A DNA stretch of 64,000 bases from Phoronis australis (Eukaryota; Animalia; Phoronida), in assembly GCA_002633005.1 (NCBI GenBank), contig NMRA01000723.1, positions 62,001 through 126,000 of the forward strand, written 5' to 3'. The number at the start of each line of letters is the position of its first letter. The first letter of the stretch is position 1. Made by a program: the position numbers and the translations under genes. Of this stretch, positions 20,801-35,800 are shown piece by piece. The notes beneath the pieces are model-generated. The model was given only the letters and a program-made list of their open reading frames with translations. It did no database searches and was not told the DNA's origin.

Positions 20801-23800
20801 AAATCAATGACTGTCCAGCTGTACCTGTAACATGTCAAAGGCCTCTGGATCTCGGCGTTTTGTTTTCAATGTTTCGTATCTTATTTCAGCATTCGCCCAA
20901 GTCTGAGTGTGGAAAGAAGAAAGACATGGCAAAAATTCTCAAAACTGATTGAGACTTGGTGCAGTCTTGTTAGGGCTGAGCAGAGCTTTCTGGTTGATGT
21001 ACGTACTAGCTTGTCGTGTGTTATGGGTTTTGTTCACATCTTCATTGGGTTTATGCAAATTTTAAAACTGTTGTTCTCTTAACTGTTGCGCTAACATTGT
21101 TCAGTTGAAGATAATGCATTTGGTGAGTCGTCGGCTTCTAACACTATTATATTTAATTATATTAATAAACAAATTTGGCTTACTTTGCATAGGCTAGTTG
21201 GTCAATTATTGTTAAAGGGGTATTTCGTCGATGTTTAGCTATCAGTGTTTAATTATTAATTGAAGTACTTAAAATATTGCCTCACTCATTCAATCTTGAA
21301 TTTTTGTCGAACAAGCTCTGAAGCATTTTCTTGAGTAACTGATGGTTTTGAAGTTCTTGTTGGTAATGGAAATAGGATCCTGTCATGGTAAGGAATATTA
21401 GGAGACTGATTTTATGAGAGTAAAAGGCCGATTCAATTTTCATTTTTAGCCATCTAAATATAAAGGCGCAATGCAACATCATTTTAAGAGCAATAGGATA
21501 GCATAGAGCTAGTTGATGAGTTGACGATGCTTCTTTTTAGGCTATTGAAAGGTTGCATGTCAGTCAGGGTCTAAATGCTAAATGTGTAGATCTCTTGGAG
21601 GTGATTCTGAGCCATGTGCGCACTGTGGGAGACAAGTACGCTCTTCACGCTGTGTTGACGGTCAATTCAAAACTATTGGCGTTGTTTTCGAGGTAGGTAA
21701 TCCAGTAAATAGGATTAAACAAAATGGTCAGTTGTGGGTGATTATGTCTGTGTTCGCAATTCTTGACTGCCGTATGATTTCATATTGCTAAAACTGTGTT
21801 CAGTAGTTATTAATCTTTTTCAACCAACCAACTAATAGTATGAATTTTGAACTCTGAATAGTTAGAAATGTTATGGTATCTTTACTCTCAGTTACTTCGA
21901 TAAGGAAAAATAATTTTCTCCATGAAACCAAAAAGCAAAAATTTCACCTCTTTCTGGTCGGTTATGTCAGCACCAGGAATTGACCAAACACCCTAAATTC
22001 AATGATTTTACCCTGGTCAGTTTTTGGAGTACCTGTGAAGGGACAACAATCTGAGTGCTGAAGCCATTTTGCTGAATTAATCGCTAGAATAAATGCTGTG
22101 GAATCTGATTTCGGTAAACAAGCTCAGATAGTTAAGATCCAAGGCAACTGATGTTTTACAAGGGGAAAAAGTGACAAGAGTGTGGCTTGACATTGGAGAA
22201 CACAGTGTGTAAAAGTGACAAGAATGTGGCTTGACATTGGAGAACACAGTGTGTAAAAGACAGTGTCATTTGGTTTACGCTATTTTGTCACTAGCATTAA
22301 CTTCCATATTGCCCGTTTTGTAAAGTTATACTAAGATTCAATAATTTTTTGGTTGTAATTGGATTTCAGTCGGAACGCGTGTGTCCTTCAAACTGAAGAT
22401 CTTCTGCTACTAATGCTTCTAGTGAAAGAGTCCTTCCCTCACGAAGAGAAGATCGAGGATTTATTTTCCAAGTCATATGCTGTATCAAATCAAACTAAAA
22501 TGTAAGTTTTTGATATATTTAATGTGAAAACGTACTTTGTAAGATGCTCTGCCATATTTACCGACTGCTGCACTCTTTAGATGTATTAACATGATTAAGA
22601 CAAGAACTGATGGGACTATAATACACACAAACCACATCAACCATGTAGTCTCATAGTTAAGACATTGAAATGTCTCTAGATGGTGATAAGATCTTTTGGT
22701 AGAAGATATGCAGCTCCATCTATGGTTCACAGTTTGAAGATTTAACAAAAAAGGTTCAACATTGCAAAATGCATTTGAATGAAAGAAATTGCATTTTGTC
22801 TTTGTTTACTCAGCCTGTCTTGCTCATCAAACATAAGTCATTTTAGGGTCTCACAAACTAGAGAGTTGTATGTCAGGTGCCTGCTATATCAACAGGAATG
22901 GATCATTCAGAATTGCATATGTAAAATGTGCTGCAGCCTTTATGACAGTGTCAGCTGTTGCATTGCAAATGCTATATTTCACTCCCTATCGAAAGAGAAT
23001 ATTTTCATGATTCCACGGCACTTCTGAAGTTGTATTTGGTTCGATTCACCTTATGTCAAGGCAAGTTATTTGAATTTTCTACCATAGGGTGCGAGTAAAC
23101 ATTAACTGGCATGGATGACTCCAGAAGGTCATGTTGCTCGCACTAAACTTTTATTGCAAAGCTGCTGGAATACAGCAGTTAAAGTGATTCAGTGGAGAAC
23201 TTAATGTTTTGCCAAACCTAGTGTGACTACTTTTGTCATTCTTTCATTGACATTTAAATGTTTGTTGTTCGATCACTTTAATTTACTACTGGATGCCAAG
23301 TTTCTGACTCCTGTAAATTAGTAGCCATTACATGTAAAGCCAAAAATGCATCTTTAGTTATTTCTGGTGTGTACCCCGACTCTTTTTGAAACCTGTGCTC
23401 ACCAACTAATAAAATGGCTACCCCATGTGTTTTTTTAATGCTCCACAAAAGCATGTAAGCTTGGGTATGCGATGTTTGAAACACCATCATTTGCCAAGCA
23501 AGGAATGAAAAATCAAATTTCACATCATTTGTCTCTGGTGGATATTTTTTTCGAAAAGTGAGGCATTAAAAATACCACACGATATCAGAACCAACTATTC
23601 TTTTTGGGCTCATGTGTTGTTATTTCTCAACACTTTTAGTAATTCATGGCCACAGTGTGAGTTTTATGTTTAGGAAAGTGAACAAGGCTGATAAAAAAGA
23701 ATCTCCGCGGACGTCCTTTGATGTCTACGAGAATGCATTGGACGGACATGAGGGGAACGAGTCTGATAGCGCCCCCGATGGGGATAACTCATCTGATGAG

Positions 23801-26800
23801 GTGAGGGCGCCGGTAGTTATAATCAGAGATCTAAAATGTGATTGATACTACATTCAAAGTTAATGTCTTTTCAATTTACAAGAAAGATAGTTGCCAAATT
23901 TGAACATTTTCCATATTTCAAATGCTAAGTTTTTTTAAAAAGCATAGAATTTCACCAAAATTTTGCTTTGTGATGGGCTATCTGTACAAACAATGCTGAT
24001 GGTATGGACATTAACATTTTTTTTCAGTATTTATTTTTGTGGCGAAATTGACAAAATAAACTTCTACATGTCTGCCATACTTTATGGTAAATTAAAGAGT
24101 ATTTACCCTACTCAACTTGGCTACATTTCCATGTATTTCAAAATTCTAGTAATTTTAGCGAAACGTATTTACACGACTTTAATTCCGCTAACCTTTCACG
24201 ATGTGCCCCAAACAATCGAAATTTCCAATTTCTTATGACGCCTCCTTTGGTAGGCTTTGAAACTTCCTTATTCACGAAAACAATACGCATAGTAGAAAAA
24301 AGATGCGGCCATATTGCGACAAGGCATGTATGAACAGACATGCAGGCAAAGAACTGAGGAAGATGTAAACTGAATAAACACACAGAAGCACATTGTAAAG
24401 AAGCCGTAGTAAATTGCAGTAAATTCTGTTAAAAAACTGTGGATTTTTAGTAGTCTTTCAGTTTCATGGGTATATTATTTCTGAAGTTATACTGGAATAT
24501 TCCACTATTTTGTGCATGGGAATGGCACTATCATACTCATTTTTTGTTAATTGTTCTCAAAATTAAAATGTTAAAAATTGACTTCGCTTTTATTCTTGGA
24601 AGCAAAAATTGAAGAAATTGTTTAAGAGTGTCTTTCTTGTAAATGATGTGCATGAGATAACAACATCAAAGTTTGATGCTCTTTTACTAGTTGAAGGTGG
24701 CTAGAGGAGACCGGATTTATTGTGTTGCTGACATGAAATCTCAAACATCCCTTATGTCTGTTCATTGTTGGATTATGTACTGATAATTGTGACTCCGTGC
24801 TTGTCGCATAATTATCCATTTGATTTGAGTATGGTTTAATTTTGAGTTCTACTTGATTCATGTGGTGAAGAGTGAGCTGTTTGTCAGCTTTCTGTTGCCG
24901 TTGCAGTACTTCAGTCCAAGGTCAACCCCAAATTTCCCTAGGAAGACTCTGGGTACTGGCTCTGACACTGGCACATTCACAAGTACTCCTATTCCAGGTG
25001 AGCATCCACTGTTTTGTAAGTTGGTTGAAGACACGACTGTACTTTTTATTAGACAGCTTATTATGTACTCATTCGTAGTTTCTACACAACCTCCTATCTT
25101 CAGGCGTGCAGTTATGAAGCGAAACACTAAGAGACATAACGTACAAACAAGTTGAAATAGTTGCTATATTTCGAGACGACATGTCTCATCATCAGGCAAT
25201 GGGTGAAATGAACATGGAGGAAGTGAAAGAAACAGGGAAATAAATGGTTACAGCAGGTTATTTTCTGGCCGTATTGGTGTAAAATATGATCTAGAATGGA
25301 CCCGCCCTGGAGATTGTGTAGAGACTACGAGCGAGTATATGTTACGAAGTCTAACAAAAACTACAGTTGTGCCTTAACCAAGTTTGTATCAATGAAGGGC
25401 TGCTTCCAAACTGTACTGTGTGTACTCATGCTTGTACCTCTCGTCTGCTACGGGCACTGTTGTTCACTTTTCATGTGTCTGTTGTTGTTACTTTTGCTAT
25501 ATAAATCAGGTTGCCAGGCTTTCTGGTCCACATGTTTCCTGAGTTTATCTGTTTGGTATGCTGGAGGGTCTGTTTGGTCGAATTACATCTTTGTCGCACT
25601 TTTTTGACACATTTTCAAATGAATAATTTTAGAGAGAGAAACCGTCATAAAAAGACTGTTATCTCAAGATTGTTTTTGTGCACGCTTCGCCAGGCCACAG
25701 ATGCCAATTGCCAAATTCACACCATATAATTTTACCAACTTAAGGAACGATATAACAGACTTATTTTTTTCATTCAAGACACATAGCACTGAACTGATGC
25801 TTTTCCACGTTAAAATACTGTATCCTAACTGTACAATATTTTGAAAGCTTGTGGACATTCACAACATTGTTAGAGGTCTTTATGCAATAAGCAAAAGCAA
25901 TCTTGACTTTTATTTTATTTTCGCCTCAAACAATGGTCTCTCCCTCCCTCCCTCCCTCCCTCCCTCCTATTATAAAACCAATCGTATAAAGTTGTTTCGC
26001 ACAAAGATTACAAGTCAAATTGACAGGTCGTTTTTTCTACATACTAGACCGATTAAGGTTATTTCAAACCTTATTTAGAGGCCTCCATTGTAACTGGTAT
26101 ATCAAAAAACTAGGCCTTTATATCAAAAATCCTAAAAGAATTTTTGAGATTGGAAAGTTTCGGCAAAATCTACCAAGGCCATTTTTGAGAACTCGTGTTC
26201 CTAAGTTCAAATTAAGTCGATATGCCGAAGCCGAGACGGAAAAAGCCGANTCCCTCCTTCTCTCCCTCCCCCTTCCCTTCCTCCCTCCCTATCTCTCTGA
26301 AATGAAATGACGCTAATTGATCTTCTGATTTATTTCTGTTTTTAGAGGCGTATTCTGATGAGGAAGAAGAGGGCCAATTCTTTACATCTCTCAAGCCATC
26401 AACTGGGGAACGAGAACCCAGTCTTAACAGTGTAAGAAGTTTTAGGAGGTTTACATTTAAACTCACTTATGATTAACATGGCTACACAATAAAATCGGTT
26501 TCAACTTGTTCTTCACTCAGATGAGGAAGGATTTGTAGGCTGGGTAAGATCTAATAGTTGTATACTGCTTGAGACCAGGCTTGTCACATAAAATGACCTA
26601 CCTTTGACTAGGCAGTTGATGTTGAGCCAGGGATGAATCAATAATTTGCTGACACTTCTTCTCAAGTCCAGGAATCATCTGTAATCTCAATTAGGAAAAA
26701 GTTAAAACAGAAAGATGGAATTTCATTCTGTCAAAATTATGTACAGAAGTGAAAGACTGCACCATCCTTAGCTATTTGCATGACCGTATTATTAATGATC

Positions 26801-29800
26801 GAGTTTGCTGCAAGGTTTTGGCTTTTGAAAAATAAAAAAATACAGTTTTAACACTCAATCATTTTTGGGTGGAATAATTGAAGGATAGCTCTTCTTTGCA
26901 CTATTGTTAACTTAATGTTGTAGCTTATTACACATTGATGAGTAGCTGGTTTATTTCTAGATACACTTGCCTGAAGTTGAAGAGGGGTCTTCTAAAAGTT
27001 GGGCTCATGACTCATCGCAGCTAGCCCGATCATCATCGTCGTCATCATCATCATCATCATCATCATCAGAAAGTTCTTGTTACTGTTACAAGATTGTATT
27101 CTTGTACACGCCGCAGTGCACCTTCACACCACACACTCTACACTCACTGCAAATAGTTCCTGGACTAGTTTTGACCATTATAAGCGAGGTGAGGCTCAGT
27201 TTTGGTAGATAGGTGTAGTTCTTGTAGAATCGGAACAAAATGTTGTTGACTATGAGTTTTGACTTCTTTGTGGGTCAATAGCTCATTTATGTGCAAAGCT
27301 TTTACATCGTGTTGGTGGTGCCTGTAAATGGTTTTATTCCCACTAATGCACTTGGATCTACTGTTTTTCTTTTTGCATATTGTATTACGTTTAGAAGAAT
27401 TACTTGAATAAAGCTTTGTATACATTTCATCATTACACACGATGCAGAATTCTAAAGGGCATAGTAGATAGTTTCCTGTTTCGTGCATTTCTTAATTCTG
27501 GACTCCATTCCGTAGAAGCAAAAAACTCGCAAAAACTAAAGGTCACGTAGTCTTCTCGAGACATCACCATATATTACAAGTGAAGCACGTGATCTCACTA
27601 GGATTTCTTGCAAGTGTCTTGCTTCTACAAAACATAGCCTAGATAATCTAGTTCCTACAATGCACAATATACAAAGTTTTGAGAGAGCTTGTATCACGGT
27701 TTTCTCAGGTTCCCCGCGGCAGTTTGTCAGGAACTGTTTGCCAGACAATCAACACACTCAAAGCTGTGCTTGTGAAAAAGGCTCGAGCAGACAGTGCTGG
27801 ACTTATAGTGGACCAGTTAGACTGTAACATGAAACGACTGTCAGATGTTACTAAGAGGACCAAGGTACATATTGTGTAAATACATATTAGTTTAACGACA
27901 CCTTCTGGCATAAGAAAAATGGAGGACTTGTACAATATTTTGCTGCTAGGACTGCTAGTAGCATGAGTCATTCCGGTCGCCATTTTCCATTGTATTTGCT
28001 ATTGACTGTGATTGTTTATTGTTGGTTCTTTGAAAATCACAAGTCAATGTGTTCGTGACAGTTGCCGAAAATTGGCGTAACTAATGACTTTCAAAACATT
28101 AGGCGAGCATGTTTTCCAAAATATTTAATGCTGTGTTGAGGACTAATTTATGGTTAAAATGTAGTGCTCCATTCCAAACAAAACGGGTTACCGTACCTTA
28201 TTTCACAATTCTATTTTTTGTTAGGATGGCAAAATTAAATCAAAACATTCGACACTTGCCATTGGGTGAAATAGGATGTCCCAAGGTAATAGTCATATCA
28301 CCTCTTAAACAACACGTGATATTCCTTCAACAATTTATAGGAAAATGATTGTCAGAGAATGAATTTATAATTTTCCTCAACATTCCAAAGAAGTGTTACT
28401 GAGGCTCATTAAACAACTACGCTGAGCTGTCACAGAGGATTATTTCTGTATGCGTCATTCAAAAAAGACCAGGAAGAACTGTCAGAGTAACCATCAAGAG
28501 TAATGTTCACTTGTGATTGTTGATTGTAGTGGTGTTAACAAAATCAGGTTCCCTTAGGTATTCAGGGAACCGAACAGTTATACCCAGTTATATTTTGCTT
28601 CTTTTTACCTTTCTGTCACAACAACAAATCAAGTTATCTGCCATCTTGTGCTCATAGAGTTTGACCTTATGACATTATGTTATAATTAGTATTGATCTGA
28701 ATGCCAGCCAATGAGCCAAGTGAATGCCTTAGTTCACAAGTTCACCACTATGTGAAAAAATGCAAATGGCAGTGCGTCAAGCGAGTAGTACAACGTCGAA
28801 TCTTCAAGTGAATAAGTTCTTTTGAAAGGCTGGATTTCTTTCAATGTACGGATCTCCCATGTTTAAGGGTTGGTTTACCCAAAAGTGTACAGTCATTTAC
28901 TTTAATCTAGGAAAAACATGTTTGAGATAGTTGAACATGCCAAAAATACTATTTTTGAACTCTGCTCTGGACATGCTACTGCAAGTTCTTGAAAGTAGAC
29001 TTGTTAACATACATTATTCCAGAAGTTGAGTTATTTCTGTTCGTGAAGTCAAAATCAAAACATGCAAGACAGACCATTGAAATACATATTACATGTCCCA
29101 AATAGCCACACTAGGCGTGACCCCAAGATGTTATGCAAAATCAAGCCATAGCAAGACTCACTATTAAAATACATGCATGTTCCAAATGTACCGTAATATT
29201 TATGTGCATAATGGAACCTCCCTTTAAATTTTCATCTTTTTCTTTTTCAGCTAAGTGCTGTTGACAAAGTGATGAAAGATGCACTGAAAAGGTGGGACCT
29301 TGTGAAAACAAATGGATTCCAAACATTCCTGGAAACACCGGGGAAAGGGGAGATTACTCCAAAGTAAGACATATGGTATACACGTGTGTTTCCTGCTGTA
29401 TTTGCTTGGTTATGCGGTCTCTTATTCTGGTGGAAATAATTTGTTCTTGAAATCTAGTTGCAATACGATACACCAACTTTACTTGAAAGTCTCATCGTGC
29501 CGGGATGAGTTGGTTAAATCAAAGTCATCAATCTTCAAACTTGATTGTTTGAAAATTGGTGATTTTGAAGATGCATAAAGTTGCAAAAGCAGTTTATTAA
29601 CTGACTACTTTTGGTGTTCACTGTTTGATATAATTATGTAAACTTGGGAAAGTTAACTCAAATCTAAGTAATTTCCGCACCGCGGGCATTATATGTGGCT
29701 TTGAAAGTAATTGATATGTAAACAGGATATCAAACTGTTTCCCACAGCTTAACCAGATTATTTATAGGAAATTTTGACGTTATATGTCATATATTGTGTA

Positions 29801-32800
29801 TGTTGAGTTTTGAAGAAGTTTATAAAGTGAATATTTTGAGTAGAATGTACTTGTTCACAATATCGATTTGGCCATTTCATTTTAATTCCCCTTGCGCCAT
29901 TTTTATAGGGTTTTAACAAACAAAATGGCTATAATTTTCATTTATTTGATGTGGTTTGATTTTATATCTTCCAAGAGTCAGTTTTCATTATTTCAATAAC
30001 CATATACAACAGAACTTACATATCACATTTTATCTTTTCATTCATTACCTTTGTTGCAGGTTAGAAAATTCCATCTGTTCCCTTCATGACAAGCTCAAGT
30101 CGTTATTTGAGCTGTTGTATCTAAATGAACAATGCAGCCAAGTGTTCACCTACAGCCCTGGGTTGGTGCAACACGTGAGTGCCTACATGAGACAGGAATT
30201 GCAGGATTACAGCTCATACCTAGCTGTGAAGGCACAGAGAAATATCACCATGACAACGTATCCTGATTGACATAGTGCTAATGTTATACATGTGCGTCTA
30301 TCTGAGAATGTTTGTGCGCACGTGTCCGTCTGCTTGAGTTTTCTTACACATTGTCCACTCAGCTATATAACATACTTACTTAGTGAACATAATATTCTTC
30401 GACCAATTTATTCAAGTTATCTAACTTCTGAAAAATGTTTTCTGGATTTCATTGTCACTTTTTTAAATAGTTTAATGAATTTGTGTTAAGTGGGTGGTGG
30501 GAAGTCAGTACTCCATTAAGACTAGCACTGTGTTCAGATGACACTTAGCTCGAGATTGTTTTTACAAAAATGATTGAAAAACTTTCTAGCTAGATATTGT
30601 TTTGTTTTGCAAAATATTTCGTTTTATCCAGGATCGTTATTATATGAGTGAAAAGCCTAATTTGATACCATACTCTGTCAGGTGTGTATCAGTAAACTGT
30701 TGTTACCTTAACTGTTGCCAGATATCTTGAAGAGTTTCCTGGTCTTGTTCATTTTATACATGTGAACAGACACAGCCACCAGGTGACAGCGCCATCTATC
30801 AACGTTGTCGAATCGACCACAGACCTCGGCCGTAGGCTGGATATAACACAAGTTTTGAAAGATAAGGTGAAGTTGATATTGATGAATCTCTGTTATATAA
30901 GTAGCATTCTTTTGGATCACTCGAACGACACTCAATTTAAATTGGCTATGATTCTGTGTTCTGTCAGAGGAACAAATTTGATTTCTACCACTTCTCACTA
31001 TAAAAATAGTCTTGATTCTGAGCTTGGGAGTAACTGGCTTCTAGTTATTGCATGAAACCGTGCTTGGCAAAAATAATGACTCTATGGCATGCCAACGGAT
31101 GGCTCTGTGACAAGCGAACTTAGTCAGTCTGAAACGTATTTCATGGAAGTGACTTAAGACAGAAATTTGATCTTACGCTCCCATTTCACAATGGCTGCAT
31201 AAAGGTTTAACCAAGTAATTTTAAGTGCATCACAGTCCAAAAATAATTGATAGAAATTGTTTCAGTATACTAGCAGTTACGTGTATATTCTCAGAGGCGT
31301 TGAACTTTTGCCCAAGTGTGGTTTAACTTTGATCAGAAATAGTTGTGTGGAGTGTAAGACTAAATTTATGACTTAAATGTCACTTTTCATAATCAGAATC
31401 AGACCCCTTGTCTGAAGCATTACTGATTTCTCATTTCTTTTTAAGCCTGGAAATCTTACAATTTGAGGTGGGAACAAAATGAGACCAAATTAAGGTCTAA
31501 ATAAAAATTTTATATGGAAGGCATGGTTATAGCTGCTATAAGTGTTTGTGTCAAAATGCTCTTCTAGTTCATTGGACTGTTTATGTTTAAAATTTGAAAT
31601 GCAATATCGATGTAATGTAAGTAATGTATTTACTTCTTTGAGTTTTTAAATCACGGCTTCAACAATTTACATACTAAATTCAGTTTGGTATACGAGTAAC
31701 ATTAAGAGATATGGTAAACTGTTGAAGAAAGAGATTAATGGTTTATTATTTTCATTGTGCTTGAACATACTTTGGATTTTGTCCCATGTTTAGATCTGGG
31801 ATATGTACAAAAGATTTCAAGACAAGCTTGCAGCTGGCTACACATATGTGACGTTGCGTGAGGGGGACTTTTCCTATTCATATCAGCTTTGGTTTGAAGA
31901 CTCCTCAGTAAGTTCATCAGTGGTCTCTCGGTGGTTGCTGCTCATGTAATCTAAATGCTGCAACCATTTTGCTGAAATAAACTTTCAAATATATGTTGTG
32001 GAAATCAATTGAATTAAACAAATTACACGATTGTTATAAATATTCAGTGAAACACACACACATTATGGATATTGTCAAAACTGTGAAGCCATTATAGATA
32101 ATTTATTGCTATGGACGTTTTTATGGTTAGAGAATTGTGGGATATATGTGTTCCTCACCATCTGGTGGCTGCAAATGTTGGTCTTATTGATTGAGTTCAT
32201 TCTGCTTGGCTAACTGTTGTCCCACAATTCATTGCAGGTATCCTACAAATTTTTAACAATAAAAAGGTCAATGCACTATTTTGACAGAAGCTTTCACTTT
32301 TGCATGGCCACTTCTTAGTACAAACTGGCAATTTTGTCTTGTTTTTGAAAATGTATTTTGCATTGGAAATGGACTGGTTATAAATATGGATTAATTCAAT
32401 AATTAAAAGTATATTGGGTGCAGTTTAAATATGACTATTACCTTGCAACATCCTGTTTTACATAATGGCGAGTATTGAATGTTCTCATTTAATTTTGTGA
32501 TGGTCACAAAAATTGAGCTGTGAAAGAAGTCGAGCTCTTGTTTTCTATGGTTATACTGTTATCGGAATGGAGCTCGTGGGTGTTACTTTTGGTTTTGATA
32601 AACGGTTTCATCCAGTTTTTAACTAATAAGATTATTAATATATGTGTGTTTTGTATTATTGAATTTAAGAAAATGTTAATTTCTCTGTACAAATTTGAAT
32701 GTGTTTCTTGGATTGTAGGGTACCCACAAGCAGGTGCAGCAGCCTTTTCATTCAGCACACAATACTGACATGCCAGGCATTCTTACTGGCAGGTTTTACC

Positions 32801-35800
32801 GGTGAGACTCTTCTGTTTCTATTAGCCTGTTATCAGTTCTGGCAAACGACGTTGATCAGGTTCTGACATGTGATCACTTTGCTGCAATCCTTAAACGTTA
32901 GGCTACAGAACTGTCATGTTTGCCGTGAATTCAGTTTTTCAGAAAAAATATACCCAGAAGGTGGCCAATTTTGATCGAAAGTTTATTAACACCATGCATC
33001 GAGATAGGACACCATGTCAATCCCATGTTGTTATGGTGTGATTGGCTGCTGTTCTTCTGTGTGCATCTCAAGGTGACAATAACATTTGTAAGGAGATGTT
33101 TCCGAACAGTGAGTATGGTTAGAACGACTACGTAATTGACCTATCGCAAGCTCCGCCACTTTGCGAAAAGTCCCTTGATACCCTACAAACAATGAGTTTT
33201 ACCTAGCAACGTGTTGTTTGTCGGGTAAAATGGCGGCTTGGAAATGAAGGAGGGTCAAGAATGCTGTATTCTGATTGCTCAGTTTAGCCGTCACTCAAAA
33301 TCCTGGTGATTGGTCAATTGATCAGTCACTGCATTGAAAATGGTGTACACAGGCTCGTGAAGACTGGGGATTATTTTTGTTTCATAAGCAGCTTGCATTG
33401 CTAACCTACTTACCATACTTGCCCGGGTTACCGTCCAGGGCGCTTAAACTGGGAATCTAAAAAACAGCGGGTGGGTAGTAAGCCGAACATGGGCGCTTAA
33501 AAATGAAAAATTGAAAATTTCAGGGGTGGGGGGTAAGCCGAGCATGGGCGGTAACTCGGACGAGTACGGTGAAAGAAGTTATGAGATAAATTGTTGCATT
33601 AAACTGTCTAACTTTTGGTAATGGTTTTATTATTTTTGGTTAAACTATATCATACTGCATACCAATGAAAAGCCCAGTCATTCCACTTTCCAACGATACC
33701 ACATTCCGTCAATAAATGTTTATTGTGTTTTGTAACTTTGATGCCAAAGAGATCTTGGTCTCAAAATGAATGTTGCAAGTTCAGTTGGAGATAAATGTCT
33801 TAAAGGAGAATGCCACCGAAAAAACATCCTATTTTGTATCAATTTAGATCGAGTAGTTCTACTCGATAGCCGCACGTTCAGTTGTGTTACCTGACACCTG
33901 ACGGCAGACAGAGGTGTTGAAATTATCCAATTACGTGATTGGCTTCACACGCATTCACAACACGGGTTAGTGGTGTCTGCTTTTCGCTTGAATTTATTCG
34001 TTTAACTCCAGTAAATCATCAAACTTCGATGTAAAACCCTTAAAAACACACCGAGTTCTTATAAAAACGTGTTGTTTTATTTCGTTGTTACGGATTTACT
34101 GGTATTTGGACACACCGTAGCCTACAAAGTTTGGCAGGCCAATTTACCAAGGTCTGTACCAGGAGTTTGGGTTCTCTTCAGAGATAAATTTGTAAGTATT
34201 CTTCCGTGAAATACAGACAGGAGAACCTAGATCTGTGTTGTTTATACATGTGATTTTTTGAGTTCTAAACACACAAAACGCTTGTTATCCCGGCCAGTGG
34301 CTCGGAACTCAATCACTAGGTCCGGCGTCATGGCCGGACTGACTCGTTATCCGGCCAGTGGCTCGGAACCCGATCAGGCCCGTCGCGGTCGCCGGGATTG
34401 GCATGAACATTAACCAGCTTGAGTTGGAAACTAAACTTGCAGTCACGAAAAGACTATAATATTGAGCCAAAGAAATAATGTGCACGTAATTATTTATGTG
34501 AATTAGCCATGAAACTGAAAATCTACTTACATGTTGGGGGCCGCGAAGTAGGGTTCCCCTTCCACAGACCGTCAGGGCAGAGGTTGTACAGTAACAATGA
34601 TTTGAATAATGTATTTGCATTTCTAAATAAAGATTCTCCTAACATGTGACCATAGCATATAAAATCGAGTAATTGTTCCACAATAGCTTTCTATCAGCAA
34701 ACACTGAATTAGCATGCGCTCACACGGCTTGGTGCCCAGTCAATTACCTTTGTTGCCGTCATCAAAAGCTGGTGTAACCGTCGCAGTGGTTTATTCATTG
34801 CTGGCTTCTCAAAACATTTGCTCTCATGAGCACTCCAAGGCCTTACAAATTGTATCTAATGAGACAGATTTTGGTTCAGTTTCATAAATAAGCATTGGTG
34901 AGGATGAGAATAATTCATTTTGAAACAGAACGCAGAACAATAAACGTCTACATGGCAACTCGCCCGGCGCCAATCCCAACTCAGTCAAGAGCTCATCTGA
35001 CGAAGACTTCACGGGTTGGATCGTTAGGTTTCACAGGCTATCAGGTCGAACCGAAAAAGAAATACTAGAGAGGCGCCATGAACACTCACAGGCAACGGTA
35101 CGTATGGATAGTTCTTTGGTAAGCCGGAATTTGTCAGAGAAGTCACTGTCAAAGAAATGCCACAGACACGGACATGTTTCACGGCCTCATACTTACTATT
35201 AACAGCATACCTTTCATTCTTCACTACCACGAGCCACTTCTTAAGCATTTCGGGCACTCGAGGAAGTCGAAAAAACGATATACCCACTTTCTTCGCAGCT
35301 TCATATTTGGACAAGCGGGAACAATGCACTGCAATATAGCAGTATTTACTCTGCAGACGAACCACTGACGTCGCTGCGTCATTTCTCACCTTCCTCACAG
35401 GTTAACGCGACACCTCTCGGCAAGATGAGGTCGACCGTATAAGAGGCGACGTCGATATAGACCGATTAAGACGGTAAAAAAGACTAATTAAATCGAGTGG
35501 CATTCTCCTTTATGTGTATTCAAGTTTGAGCATTCAGCTTTTTCAATAGCAATTACAGTGCTGGTTCCATGGTAATGAAAACCTATTACAATTTGGCAAC
35601 ACTGAAACACTATTCATTGAACAACTGACTGATAGACAGTAGTGATAGTCTGACTGATAGACAATTATAGTGATAGTCTTCTCAATAGTAGGTTGACAAA
35701 CCATTCTCAGTCACTGCAGCCACACACCTTCCCCGCATGCTGTTTACCAGCCTGAAGACGTGTTGCTGTGTGATGGCATTCCACTCCTGAGTCAGCAAGC

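Noticed and set aside
20319-20830. Regularly spaced repeats resembling a CRISPR array
   Set aside because: The units are contiguous with no unique spacers, the context is a eukaryotic intron, and there are no cas genes.
25940-26290. (TCCC)n-flanked segment ending at N26250
   Set aside because: Truncated by the gap. It cannot be classified and is probably a repeat or assembly junction.
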